Source: an uncultured Hormoscilla sp.
GTDB lineage: Bacteria; Cyanobacteriota; Cyanobacteriia; Cyanobacteriales; Desertifilaceae
Assembly: GCA_963921275.4 (NCBI GenBank)
Contig: OZ001293.3
Span: forward strand, 2,464,001 to 2,528,000
Length of the DNA stretch: 64,000 nucleotides
Direction of reading: 5' to 3'
Made by a program: the position numbers and the translations under genes. Shown piece after piece: positions 28,035 through 39,597 of the stretch (within the stretch, counting starts at the first letter, position 1; the number at the start of each line of letters is the position of its first letter). The notes beneath the pieces were generated by a model that had not been told where the DNA came from, searched no databases, and saw only the letters and a list, made by a program, of their open reading frames with translations.

Positions 28035-28578
28035 AGGATATACTTTGAAAGGTATCGACTTGCGCTAAAGAGCATCATTGCTGTCATTGCAGCAGCAGGA
28101 ACGAGGGTTCGCACAACAGGAATACCCCCCGGCCTTCGCAGCGTTTGGAGGAAAGCTATCCACCGTGTAGACTGCGGTAGCAGGCCATGACTGCCCGGAT
28201 AATCAGCGACAGAATATCAGTCTCCCTGATAGATTACTTCAAAGGTTGCCGGAGGACGCAGGCGACAGCGATCGGGTTCTATGCTTGCCCATTTTGCCAA
28301 CAAGGATGGCAGATGAAGTTGTTCCATATGCTCATTAGACTCCCATTTAGATATTTTTATAGTAATCTTGTAGGTGGGGTTGTCCTGCGTTACCAAACCA
28401 AGAGATGATGCCAGGGGCGATCGCTCAAGAATAGCTAAAATATAGCAATACTCCGGACCGTTTTGGCTGTACGTAGCCTTCTGGCTCGCAGCGTAATCCT
28501 TGGCTCGATAGAGCCATTTTTGGCAAGCTAGCCTTGGGGCTGACAAAGAAAAAAATGATGCTTACTACAAACCTTTTT

Positions 28579-29193
28579 CTAGCCCATCGCACCCAGAGTG
28601 TTTTTCCACGATAGTTCCTTACCTAATATTTCCAGGGCTCTCCTCTCGGGGCCCTGAAACAACTTGCTATCTATCAGTTGTTCTAACACCTGCTGAGTCA
28701 GTTGGGAGGCAAAACTCCCCCCACTCCTTATTAAATGCGCATAATAACCCAGATGGGGGCGGTTCTCTTGATTCAGGTGAAAGCGATATATATCCTCATT
28801 GGTCATCTTAAAAACCAGTGTATAAACTGGGACCACTGCGTTGGGAATGCCATGCTTGCCATAAACTTTACTAGCACCTTGTTCTAAACTGCCAATCAGC
28901 ACAACTCCCAAGATTACGCGGGTTTCGTTGATTAAATCCGGGGTAAACAGGGGGTCTGGTTCGCTAGAAAGACGGGGACCAATATTGGAAAATAATGGAT
29001 TCTGCAGCTGGGAATTGTAAATAATGCCTACTGCCCAATGCCGCCCTTTTGCCTCTTCTAGTTTCACAAAGCAGCCAAATCCATAATCATCTGGTTGAGG
29101 AGGGTGCTTTACTTCCAGCATATCATCCACCTGTACCAGATAGTCGCAGTGGGAATTGGATTTAACAACTTTGCCTAAACGGAGCTTCTGCAT
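28579..29193 (-). CDS. Conserved hypothetical protein (HAS-barrel-like)
   Basis: RLGKVVKSNSHCDY, WAVGIIYNSQL. Confidence 0.65.
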   Translation of the reverse strand: MQKLRLGKVVKSNSHCDYLVQVDDMLEVKHPPQPDDYGFGCFVKLEEAKGRHWAVGIIYNSQLQNPLFSNIGPRLSSEPDPLFTPDLINETRVILGVVLIGSLEQGASKVYGKHGIPNAVVPVYTLVFKMTNEDIYRFHLNQENRPHLGYYAHLIRSGGSFASQLTQQVLEQLIDSKLFQGPERRALEILGKELSWKNTLGAMG

Positions 29194-29807
29194 ACATTTT
29201 GTTTGTCATACCATTTTAGATTTGGCAGCATCTCAATAGTATCAGCGATCGATGTCTCCGGAGTAGTGCGAGTTTGGTGTCCCCCCTTTTGTGCGAATAC
29301 GATGTCTCCCCTTTTGTGCGATTAGCGCTCCCAGGAGACATCTCCCGACCGGGGGACACCGAAAGCTCTCTGGAGACATCGAAGGCGATCGGTTACCAGT
29401 TACCAGTGCTGGAAATCAGAGCGAAAGGTTGTAAACATGAATATTCAGGTTTTGGCGTTGCACATTTTGGGGATGATGGTGGCTCTCGATGTTGTCAGTT
29501 GTCAGTTGTCAGTTTTAACAAGTTATTATTCATGAGACATGGTCGCTCTTACGCTCCCAGTACGTGGTCAACATACATCCCGTCCTTGTGCAAGGCCTCA
29601 TGTTTTTAGCTCGAAGGAGAGGTTTTGAACATGATTTGTTAGCTTTTTTAGCTCAACCGAGACAAAAAAACTATACTTGTCAGCAAATAATACCATTTAA
29701 CAGCGAACAGAGGACACTGATCGCAATTAAAGCCCGCCTGCGCGGGCTTTACTGACATGGTGGGCATTGCCCACCCTACCAACCGACCATTGATAACTGA
29801 TAATGAA

Positions 29808-30293
29808 TTAAGACATGCCTTGAATGAGGTAATCAAAGTAGGGGGCGACTTCGGTGGCGTCTTCGGCACTCAGGAGTGAGAGGGAAGCTTCTTTCAGGCA
29901 ACGCATTGCTTCGGCCATTCCGGGCATGGGTACCCCGAGGGCATTATACATTTCCCTGGCGCCAATTAGGCCAATGCTTTCGATCGGCTCCTGATCACCA
30001 GCGAGCAGGCCGTAGGTGATCAGACGCAGATACCAGCCATAGTCCCGCAGGCAGAGGGCTCTTTCCCGCTGACCGTTGGCATTTCCTCCCGGGGCGATGA
30101 AGTCGGGGCGCTTCTTCCACAGCTCTTTACTGGCACGATCGACAATCTTTTTCTCGTTTTCAGTTAGGGTTTCGACGATGGTCATCCGCTGTTCCCCACT
30201 TTGCAAGAAGTCTTGGATGCTCTGGAGTTCGCCTGAACTGGGGTATCGCAGTTCGTTGTCGGCTTGGAGAATTATTTGGCTAACTACGCTCAT
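29808..30293 (-). CDS. apcD: Allophycocyanin alpha-B subunit
   Basis: 161 aa; [39 protein letters not shown]. Confidence 0.93.
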   Translation of the reverse strand: MSVVSQIILQADNELRYPSSGELQSIQDFLQSGEQRMTIVETLTENEKKIVDRASKELWKKRPDFIAPGGNANGQRERALCLRDYGWYLRLITYGLLAGDQEPIESIGLIGAREMYNALGVPMPGMAEAMRCLKEASLSLLSAEDATEVAPYFDYLIQGMS

Positions 30294-30469
30294 GATTATC
30301 GCGATATTAAAGATATCATTTGTAGTTTAACGGCTGAGGTGACATAAATAAAGAGAGGAAAAAATGCTTGGGCGATGTTTCCTGTGTGCTGTATCCCTTG
30401 CGGGAGCGCAGCCATGTTTTCTGGGACAAGAACAAGGAGCAGAGATATCGAAATCGTCACGACTTTCAG

Positions 30470-31953
30470 GAATCTCCAGACCAATGGCGACAAGGGGATT
30501 TGGTTGAATGCATTGTCACTGATTTGAGCGTCAGGGGTGAGGGGGTGAGCCAGTGCTAGCAGCGGGTGGTGTTTGTGCCGGATACTCTGCCGGGTGATCG
30601 GGTACTGGTGCTTCTGGTGCGAGTCAAGGGCCAGTACGCCTACGGCAAGTTACGGCAGTTGCTAGTCCTTTCTGGGCACTGGATCTGTCCCGGCTGCATC
30701 GTGCTAGTCTCTTCTGGGCACCGGATCCGTCCCGGCTGCATCGTGGCGGATAAATGTGGCGGTTGTCAGTGGCAGCATATTGATTATAGCTACCAGCTGC
30801 AAGCCGAGGGCAATCTCGTTATCCAAAGTTTACAATGGATTGCTGGCATCTCTCAAGCAACAGTGGATTCTGTTCTTACTGCTGACGCGCCCCTCAAATA
30901 CCGCAATGAGGTTACCTATCCCTTGGGATTATCATCCACTGGTCAGGTGCAAGCTGGCTATTACCAAAAGGGTACTCACAAGCTTGTTAATCTGAATCAA
31001 TGTCCAGTACAGGACTCCCGCCTAGACTTACTGCTAGCAGAGGTAAAGCTAGATATGCAGGGACTCGGTTGGCCAGTCTACAACGAAAGGCGTCACCGGG
31101 AACAACTGCGCCACCTGGCCTTGCGCATTGGACGACGTACTGGTGAAATCTTGTTAACCTTGGTGGTTAGAAATGGTGATTTACCTGGGGTCGAGCAGCA
31201 GGTGCAAGCATGGTTGCAGCGCTATCCCAGTTTAGTGGGTGTCTGTTTGAATTATAATCCCGATCGCGTAGCGGCGCGCAGCGCATCGCACCAATGCGAT
31301 CTTTGGCAAAGAAACTCGCTGCCTGGCGGGACGAGGTTTTTTGCGAGAGGAGTTTGCCGGGTTGCAATTCCAGCTCAGACCCGATACTTTTTTCCAAGTG
31401 AATACTGAAGCTGCTGAGGCCCTGTTACATATTATAGTGGAGGAATTGCAGTTGCAAGGACATGAAAGGTTAGTTGATGCTTACTGCGGCATTGGTACTT
31501 TTACTTTACCCTTAGCACGGCGGGTCGGACAAGCGATCAGCTTAGAGGTCCAACCTGAAGCGATAGCACAAGCGCAAATTAATGTCAAGTTAAATCAGAT
31601 TGAAAACGTGCAGTTTCAGGTGGGAAAGGTGGAGAAATTGTTACCCCAACTGGAAGTGATGCCCGATATAGTATTATTAGACCCGCCCCGCCAAGGGTGC
31701 GATGCGCGCACACGGCTACGCCGGAGCGATCGCACTACCCCAGAGATATCGAAAGCGCCTTGTCTATGTCAGTTGCAAACCCTCTACCCTGGCCCGGGAT
31801 TTGCAGGTATTATGTGCAGATGGGGGTTATCAATTAAGTCGGGTACAACCTGCTGACTTTTTCCCCCAAACCTCTCACGTTGAATGCGCCGCCTTTCTGG
31901 ATCTTTGTAACGTAGGGCGGGCGGATCGCCTGCCAGTCAATTATTATTTCTAG
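30470..31953 (+). pseudogene. rlmD: 23S rRNA (uracil-C5)-methyltransferase RlmD/RumA
   Basis: TRAM domain, [38 protein letters not shown] over four ORFs; stop at 30557, 22-nt insertion 31268-31289, further frame break after 31735; start approximate. Confidence 0.9.
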
Positions 31954-31965
31954 GAACGACCATTG

Positions 31966-32982
31966 ATGAAATTAAGTGAAATAGTAGATAAATTAGGAGA
32001 TGCTGCTAACAATAATAGTCTAGCAGATATGAATCCGGAAATTACCGGTGTGGCCCCTGTAGATGCAGCGGCACCAAATACTCTCAGTTTCATTGAAGGT
32101 GCTAAGTTTGCCTCTCAGGTGGGACGAACAGCAGCAAGTGCTTTGATTTTACCTCCAAAGTTAACACAAGCAGCAGCCGCTCGGGGGATTGCTTGGATTG
32201 CTACTCCTTCCCCGAGGTTATTATTTGCCCGGGCGATCGCCCTCTTCTACCAACCCTTCCGTCCCCAGGATAAAATTCATCCGACCGCAGCAATTGACCC
32301 ATCTGCTAAAGTAGGAGAAAATGTTTATATTGGGGCCCATGCAGTCATCGAAGCTGGGGTCAAGATTGGCAAGGATGTTTGCATTAATGCTAATGTGGTA
32401 ATCTATCCAGAGGTGGAGATAGGCGATCGCACCATTTTACATGCTAACTGCACCATCCATGAGCGATCGCGCCTGGGTGCAGATTGCGTAATTCACAGCG
32501 GTGCAGTGATTGGTGCAGAAGGTTTTGGCTTTGTGCCGACGGGGTCAGGCTGGTTGAAAATGGAGCAATCAGGTTGTACGGTATTAGAAGATGGGGTAGA
32601 GGTGGGTTGTAATAGCGCAATCGACCGGCCAGCGGTAGGAGAAACCAGGGTTGGTCGCAATAGCAAGATAGATAATTTGGTGCAAATTGGTCACGGTTGT
32701 CAGATTGGAGAAAATTGCGCGATCGCGGGTCAAGCAGCCATGGCAGGAGGTGTTAAACTGGGAAATAACGTGACTCTGGCAGGTCAAGTGGGCATTGCCA
32801 ATGGGATAAGTATAGGAGATGGGGCGATCGCCTCGGCAAAAGCAGGAGTATACAGCGACGTACTACCAGGAGAAATTGTATCAGGTTACCCAGCTATTCC
32901 GCACAAAACTCATCTGAAAGCATCTGCCATTCACAAACGCCTCCCGGAAATTTATCAGATGCTGAAACGACTAGGACAGTGA
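31966..32982 (+). CDS. lpxD: UDP-3-O-acyl-glucosamine N-acyltransferase
   Basis: Hexapeptide repeats, GAEGFGF, KIDNLVQIGH. Confidence 0.96.
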   Translation: MKLSEIVDKLGDAANNNSLADMNPEITGVAPVDAAAPNTLSFIEGAKFASQVGRTAASALILPPKLTQAAAARGIAWIATPSPRLLFARAIALFYQPFRPQDKIHPTAAIDPSAKVGENVYIGAHAVIEAGVKIGKDVCINANVVIYPEVEIGDRTILHANCTIHERSRLGADCVIHSGAVIGAEGFGFVPTGSGWLKMEQSGCTVLEDGVEVGCNSAIDRPAVGETRVGRNSKIDNLVQIGHGCQIGENCAIAGQAAMAGGVKLGNNVTLAGQVGIANGISIGDGAIASAKAGVYSDVLPGEIVSGYPAIPHKTHLKASAIHKRLPEIYQMLKRLGQ

Positions 32983-33042
32983 AAATGGCAAGCAAAGATG
33001 TAAAAGAGATAAGGACTAAAGTCCTTACTACAAACAGTGAAA

Positions 33043-34011
33043 ATGGCAAGCAAAGATGTAAAAGAGATTCTGAGGCCAGATACCCAGGCGATTTTGCTGC
33101 TATGTGCTAACTTTGGTCTACCTAGGGAAATAGAACCCCAACCTCTGACTCTGAGGGAGTACAATAATTTAGCTATGTGGTTGCGAAAAAATCAACTGCG
33201 CCCAGCTGATTTGCTGACAACAGCTACTCAAAACAGATTAGATGATCTAGTAGAGACCAAGTTAAACCCCGATCGCCTGCTAGACCTGTTAGAAAGAAAA
33301 GCCATGTTAAAATTAGCGGTGAAAAGCTGGACTAATCATGGCATCTGGATCTTAGGACGCAGTGACTCAGAATATCCCCAGGGTCTGAAACAGCAGCTGA
33401 AGCATTTTGCCCCGGCAATTATCTATGGTGTGGGTAATATAGATTTACTCTCGGCGGGAGGATTAGCAGTTGTAGGTTCCCGTAATATGGATCCCGAAGG
33501 AATTGAATACACCAAACTCCTGGCCCAAACTTGTGCTGCACAAAACATGCAAATAGTTTCTGGCGGGGCGCGGGGGGTGGATATAACGGCGATGCTGGGA
33601 GTTTTATCAGCGGGGGGGACCGCTGTCGGGGTGCTAGCAGATCGCTTAATTAAAGCAGCTGTTAATGGTTTTTATCGCCCTGGGATCCGGGAAGGGAGAC
33701 TAACTCTGGTTTCGGTTTATGACCCTGAAGATGAGTTTGAGGCCGGTAAGGCGATCGGTCGGAATAAATATATTTATAGTTTAGCAGAATATGCTATAGT
33801 AGTGAGTGCTGCATTTGGGAGAGGTGGCACTTGGAATGGGGCGACAGAAACTTTAAAACGGCAAAACAGCGTTCCTATCTTTGTCAGAATGCAGGGAAAT
33901 GTCCCCGAAGGCAATCAGCAGCTAATCAAGCAGGGGGCAAAACCTTTCCCAGAAACACCTTGGCAGGGTTCTCTCCAGGCACTGATGGCTGCAGCAGCTT
34001 GCGAATTGTGA
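33043..34011 (+). CDS. dprA: DNA-processing protein DprA
   Basis: LAVVGSR, IVSGGARGVD, RNKYIY, GGTWNGA. Confidence 0.9.
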   Translation: MASKDVKEILRPDTQAILLLCANFGLPREIEPQPLTLREYNNLAMWLRKNQLRPADLLTTATQNRLDDLVETKLNPDRLLDLLERKAMLKLAVKSWTNHGIWILGRSDSEYPQGLKQQLKHFAPAIIYGVGNIDLLSAGGLAVVGSRNMDPEGIEYTKLLAQTCAAQNMQIVSGGARGVDITAMLGVLSAGGTAVGVLADRLIKAAVNGFYRPGIREGRLTLVSVYDPEDEFEAGKAIGRNKYIYSLAEYAIVVSAAFGRGGTWNGATETLKRQNSVPIFVRMQGNVPEGNQQLIKQGAKPFPETPWQGSLQALMAAAACEL

Positions 34012-34071
34012 ATTGTGAATTGCTGCGGATATATGTTAGATAAGTATAAATCCGACCGTATCTCCTCACCT

Positions 34072-34497
34072 ATGTTTAATGACATGCTTCCGTTTCACTT
34101 GGCTCTGAATGCTACGGCGATCTTCGATGTCTCCGGAGAGCGCTACTCGCACTACTCCGGAGACATCGCCGGTACATCTCTGTGGTCCCTAGTCCTGTAT
34201 TTGGGCTTCTCCCCAGTGGGCGACTGGGTAGCGGAACAGCTTAACCGCTGGTTTAACTTCGCCGAGCGATCGCTCTACACATCAGCTGAAGAATTTGAAA
34301 GAACCCGTCGGGCTAGAGAATCCCAAAATTCCTTCTACGCCTCAGTTTTCAGCATTATTCCGTTTCTGATCGCTGGTGGTTTGTGCAATTACGGGGTCGA
34401 AATTACTTTAGGTCGCAGCTGGTCAATTAGTATGGGTTTACTTGCTTGTGTCTGCTGCGGCCTGTACGAGTTGGGCCGTCGAGATAGTCATTCGTAG
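34072..34497 (+). CDS. Conserved cyanobacterial membrane protein carrying an in-frame 45-nt palindromic insertion
   Basis: LWSLVLYLGFSP..RWFNFAERSLY; insert at 34123-34167. Confidence 0.75.
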   Translation: MFNDMLPFHLALNATAIFDVSGERYSHYSGDIAGTSLWSLVLYLGFSPVGDWVAEQLNRWFNFAERSLYTSAEEFERTRRARESQNSFYASVFSIIPFLIAGGLCNYGVEITLGRSWSISMGLLACVCCGLYELGRRDSHS

Positions 34498-34591
34498 ATA
34501 GTCGTTCGTAGTAAGCACTGAAGTGCTTACCAGGCGCTTCGCGCCTAGATAGGAGGCGGGAGCCTCCAGATAATCGTTCCCAGGTTCTACC

Positions 34592-36033
34592 CTTGTCATT
34601 ACCCACATTTTTCAAGTAATTTTTGTGGCCAGCTCTACACCACAGCACAAGTCTTGGAATTTCTGCCACCCCCGCCCCTATTGTCTGCCAGCCTGGCAAA
34701 CCATCTCCAGAACGACCAATGAAACCACCCAAGGGAGGGATATTTTTCCAAAATTCTGCTGTAGTCAAATTTTCAGAGGGTAAATTTAGATGCGCTTTTA
34801 GCACACCTTTAATTGCTTCTTTGGAACCAAGGAGTCCGCTGGAATTTCCCTCACGGTACGACTTATGTTAAGCAATTGCAACAACCGCTCCTGATACAAT
34901 TGCCACAAATCCCAGTAACGTTAATAACCCTGATGCCGTCTCTAACTGCCGTTTTTCCATGGCACAACCAGTCTTCATACACTTATGATATTCGCACAAT
35001 TTTCCAAGCTATACCACTCTAATTGTTGTCAAGCCTCCTCGGCATTGTCCACCTTCACAGTTGTAAATAAAATCCATTCTAACCCATCATCAACTCCCTC
35101 TTCCCAGCAACGAATACACCATCCTGATCTAGTTTCTTCTTTTGAATAAGGACTGCTCTGGTGGCGGGTGAATAGTCACAGGAGCCCAAGCCACTTTCAA
35201 TCTTACTATACCTTGGGGTTCTCCTCATGCGACTACGTAAAAACATTGTTTTATTTGTCATGCGTGAACCTTGTGCGAGCAAAAGTTTTAAGATGACTTT
35301 TTGTTCCTGAGGCCGTTGTCATTACTCGATGAAGACAAATTCTCGTCAAACAATGCCACCTAGGCGCTTGTGAACGTTTAATGTAATCGAATACATCACT
35401 TTCTCTATCTCCTACACTTACCCATAATGGTGCTATTGTTGATGATGGAGCTTTACCTATTGACTCCACCATTTCGGCCCATTTATCTCCAACTGGGCCG
35501 AAAATTTTCTTTTTTTCGTTGACCACAGGTTTTTTTCTTTTTTACCGGGGCTGGACGCATCCAAACCTCCTGACCTGCTAAACCTAATATTTCTGGGTTG
35601 TCTGGTGTTGGGATAACTGCCAGACTACTATGTACCATTATTCCTCTACCTTTACTTCGGAATTTAAAAATCTGTAAGCAGCTATAGATTGACTCCATTG
35701 AACCATTTGTTCGGGGAGACTTGCTGCCGGTAATCGTGCTATTGCTGCTCCTACTTTAATAGCTCTTTGTGTGGGACGGGCATCTCCCAAATTACAGGTT
35801 GACCATTGGTCGGCGGCCCATTTCTTAACATCTGTTAACTCCTGCTGGTCTAAGTTCATGTGTCTTTTTTGCTACATATATATTGAGATCGGGTACGGAA
35901 GGCACAAAAGTGATATAGCGCTTTACAAATCGCCTATCATGCTTTCGTGCCCTGTGAGGGGGGGTGAGAGCCCACATACGTGGGTAAAAACCACTATATT
36001 TCTAGCTTAACAGAAAATGTGGGTAATGACAAG
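34592..36033 (-). mobile_element. IS4-family (IS50/Tn5-like) element with degraded transposase
   Basis: Perfect 20-bp TIR CTTGTCATTACCCACATTTT; 9-bp TSD GGTTCTACC; fragments LGDAR, GDRESD, LGGFIGRSGDGLPGWQT. Confidence 0.93.
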
Positions 36034-36097
36034 GGTTCTACCTGGGAACGAGAGGGAAGATAGAAAATAGATAGAAGAGAAATAACTAAAGCAAATC

Positions 36098-37417
36098 ATG
36101 ACATTCCCAGTTTATTTCTATATTGGATATTGGCGCATTCATCCACAGTTTGTGTTTGAGGTACTCGCCTATGCGATCGCCTTTCGGTTGCTGCTGGGAC
36201 GGAACATTATTAAGCAAGATACTATTACCCCCAGTCAGCGGAGTTCGGTAATTGTCGGTGGCATGGTGGGAGCATTACTGGGGGCGAAATTTCTAGTGGG
36301 ACTGCAACATATTTATCTCCTGTGGCAAAATTGGCAGTTGTGGCTGTTACTGCTACTGCAAGGAAAAACGATCGTGGGAGCATTGTTAGGAGCATTGATC
36401 GGGGTGGAAGTGACCAAAAAAATGATTGGCCTCAGGCGATCGACTGAGGATGTCTTCGTCTATCCCCTAATTGTCGCTACGGCGATCGGGCGCATAGGCT
36501 GTTTTCTGACCGGGTTGAGCGATCTCACCTATGGGGTAGCCACGATTTTATCTTGGGGGGTAGATTTTGGCGATGGCATTTACCGACATCCCGCCCAGAT
36601 ATATGAGATAATATTTCTGCTAGCATTGGCGATATTAATCCAGATTCGTTCCCGTTATCAAAGGCAAGAGGGAGACCTATTCAAATTTTACATCATCGCT
36701 TACCTGGTATTTCGCTTCCTGATTGATTTACTGAAGCCAGATTTTCATGTTATCCTGGGGCTAAGTGCCATACAGATTGCCTGGGCGCTGGGTTTAGGAT
36801 ATTATTGGGCTATTAGAGCTTATTATCACGATCGGGTAGCCTCCGCACACATTGCTAGCCATCGACAACCAGTTGTGGTAGAATTAGGAGCAGGCATGTT
36901 TACTCGCTTTCATCGGATTGGCAGCAAGGTCTATCGTTGGTTCGATCTGGACTTGCCAGTGGTAACCGATCTGCGCCGTCAGTTAGATACTCAGACAGAA
37001 CAACATCAATTGATTAGCAGTTCTGTACTAGATTTTAGCTGGATGGATGCTATGCCAGAAGTACCGCCCGAAAACTTTCTGTTTATAGCAGAAGGGTGGC
37101 TGATGTACTTGCCAACAAGTGACGTGCAACGGCTCATTTGCCAGATGCGATCGCGCTTTTCGGGTGCCACATTGCTGATGGATGTGCTGGGTAATATTGG
37201 GCAGCTAGGACTGGGAAAAACGCAGTTCGATCGACTAGGTGCCCCCTTCAAGTGGTACGTTGAAGACGAAGGAGAGGTAGCAGCAATGGGGTTGTCCCCA
37301 GTCAAGGTCGCATCCCTACCTCAACTCTGTCCGGAACGTTGGCCTTTTTTAATTACTTGGCGTCCTCCGCTCCGCAATAGTTATCTGATCGTGGAGGCCA
37401 AGATCGAACCATCTTAA
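36098..37417 (+). CDS. Lgt-like protein fused to an N-truncated SAM-dependent methyltransferase
   Basis: GRIGCF and HPAQIYE (Lgt-like), then VELGAG, WFDLDLP, IAEGWLMYL (LCM/TcmP-like). Confidence 0.7.
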   Translation: MTFPVYFYIGYWRIHPQFVFEVLAYAIAFRLLLGRNIIKQDTITPSQRSSVIVGGMVGALLGAKFLVGLQHIYLLWQNWQLWLLLLLQGKTIVGALLGALIGVEVTKKMIGLRRSTEDVFVYPLIVATAIGRIGCFLTGLSDLTYGVATILSWGVDFGDGIYRHPAQIYEIIFLLALAILIQIRSRYQRQEGDLFKFYIIAYLVFRFLIDLLKPDFHVILGLSAIQIAWALGLGYYWAIRAYYHDRVASAHIASHRQPVVVELGAGMFTRFHRIGSKVYRWFDLDLPVVTDLRRQLDTQTEQHQLISSSVLDFSWMDAMPEVPPENFLFIAEGWLMYLPTSDVQRLICQMRSRFSGATLLMDVLGNIGQLGLGKTQFDRLGAPFKWYVEDEGEVAAMGLSPVKVASLPQLCPERWPFLITWRPPLRNSYLIVEAKIEPS

Positions 37418-37489
37418 AGATAAGAAACCCGGTTTCTTTGAAAAACCGGGTTTCTGGAATACTTAGTCTCGCTCATCGGAAATAAACCC

Positions 37490-37738
37490 ATGCCTACTCG
37501 ACCATACCTATTTTATGCTTTAACTAATAGTGTCTGTTCCCAATGTCTGACTAAGGTTGAGGCGAAAATTATCTTTTGGGATGATCGGGTGTACCTAGAG
37601 CGTCGGTCAACTAATAATAGTTGGCAAACGGAGCTTTTTATGTATATAGCAACTAGCACGGGAATTTTTATAACAACTGAAATTATTACCCTGTATATTT
37701 TTTTACCGAAGCCAACAGGATGGAATTATCATAAATGA
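37490..37738 (+). pseudogene. Radical SAM protein N-terminal fragment
   Basis: TNSVCSQCLTKVEAKII start; similarity appears to end near 37600. Confidence 0.55.
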
Positions 37739-38099
37739 TTTATACCCCGTTGGTACAACATTTACAAAGTGAGCTGCTCAGTTCAATAGGGATTGGTTGT
37801 TTTTCGGTGTTTTTCGGTCTTCTCTAAAGAAATAAAAAAAAGCTACCACAAGACCTAGGGAAGTTGACTCAACTTCCCGGCGCTCGACTCACGTAAGGAT
37901 TAGATAAATTTTATCTATCTAGGGCTTGCTGAATAAAGTCGGCAGAGCAAATAAAGATGCCACACAGCTTGAAAAATGGTAGTTTCGTCGCCAATGAGAC
38001 CCTAGAAACCCGACTGGTTTAGATGGCAACAGCTTTCATTGAGATGGGCCATTGGGTTGAGGCACGAAACCCAACCTACTGAGGATAAAATGTAGTAGA

Positions 38100-38354
38100 G
38101 TGATGTATAAAAGCTGTATGCTATTATTGTGTTTTAATGCCTTCGCGTTTTTGGCCGCGCATTTTTATGCAGCGTACTCGTGGCAAAATAAATTGGGTTC
38201 GAGTCCGAACGCGAGTCTAATTTACTATAGGATATTGTCTATTGGAATTTGGCAATTATTCTATGTAATTACGCTATGTATGTTGCTGAAATGGCGAGGA
38301 AAACCAAAGGCAATTTTAGGCGCGCTCGTCGGTGCAGCGATTACCCGTGAATAG
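38100..38354 (+). pseudogene. Small membrane protein paralog 1 (truncated)
   Basis: IGIWQLFYV..GALVGAAIT shared with paralogs 2 and 3. Confidence 0.55.
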
Positions 38355-38456
38355 TCCCTGCTGGTCGATCTTCCCCATATTGTTACTCTGTTAATGCTAA
38401 CATTCGTTCCCAGCATAAATGCGATCAAGAAAAAATATAATAATGGAAGAATTACT

Positions 38457-38771
38457 ATGTCAAAATCGAATGAATATGATATGGTTGCTGGCATTTGTCT
38501 CTTAATAACTTGACACGAGATCGCTTTTGTAATCTGGTTTCTAATCCTGGCAAGGCTAGAGGTAATACTAGAGTCAATACTAGAGCAACCTTTTGAGGAC
38601 AGGCTGCTGAACTTCTTCATATCAGCTATAGCAGTAAGTGGTATATTGCAATTGTTGTATCTGGTGCCGCTATGTATCTGGTTAAAACGGAAAAACCAAA
38701 TGAGTATGATGGAAGGAGTAATTATTAGCGCAGTAATTACAATTTTATTGAATAGCTTTTGTTTCTTATAA
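38457..38771 (+). pseudogene. Small membrane protein paralog 2 (TGA at 38511)
   Basis: Manual translation MSKSNE...IT*HEIAF...GILQLLYLVPLCIWLK...SAVITILLN. Confidence 0.65.
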
Positions 38772-39228
38772 TTAGTAATGTAGGTTGGAGAACGTTCGTT
38801 CCCCAACCATATGGTGGCGATCCCTCTTTATTTGATTCTGGTAAGCAAGTATGGCTCTTCGTGAAATGGTATGCGTTCATTGCCATCGGAATAGCCTAAA
38901 ACCCTTGCTTCGTCTAGGGTTGAGGCCGTCGCCGCGCGCGAATACGTAAATTACCAAAACAAAAGACACCAGCCCCACATATAAATACACGGCCCTTCGC
39001 GCAGCGTGGCGCAGCCATGTCCCTTGGGATAAGAGCTCTGGCAGAGATATCGAAGTTGGAACCATTATTGGTAAAGGGTTTCAGGCGCATTAGCTATGAT
39101 TTTAGCATACTAGATTGGGAAGAGCCGCAAGTATCTGCTTTATAAAAATATAGAAAATACTGTTGCACTTCATAATATTTCTTATGTAGACGCGATCTAG
39201 AAAAAAATATAATAAGGGAGGAATTACT

Positions 39229-39597
39229 ATGTCAAAATAAAATGAATGGGGTAAGATAGTTGCTGGCATTATTATCTCAATAATTTTAAACGCGATCGCC
39301 ATAACAATCTGGTTAATAATCGTATACATAATATCCGAAAGTAGCTTGGAGCAAACTCCTGTTGGCAGAGTGCTAAATACGATCTTTACAGCAGCTATAA
39401 TCGGAATTGGCATATCGCAATTATTGTACGCAATTACCATATGTCTGTGGCTGAAATCTCAGGAAAAAATTGCCTTGCTTAAAAGGGCGAACGTCGGTGC
39501 AGTAATTACAGTTTTATTAAATGGCAGCTGCTGGTTAATAGCCTTTGACATTTTCTATAATTATTGGTTATTGTTGGTTATATTTAGATGTATTTAG
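39229..39597 (+). pseudogene. Small membrane protein paralog 3 (TAA at codon 4)
   Basis: GGAGG RBS, ATG TCA AAA TAA; in frame with ORF 39346-39597; upstream sequence similar to paralog 2. Confidence 0.65.

Noticed and set aside
28187..28546. Short ORFs on both strands
   Set aside because: No recognisable motif or convincing start; cannot be supported
38261..39440. Minus-strand ORFs 38261-38806 and 39102-39440
   Set aside because: Shadows of plus-strand pseudogenes that have an RBS and shared motifs
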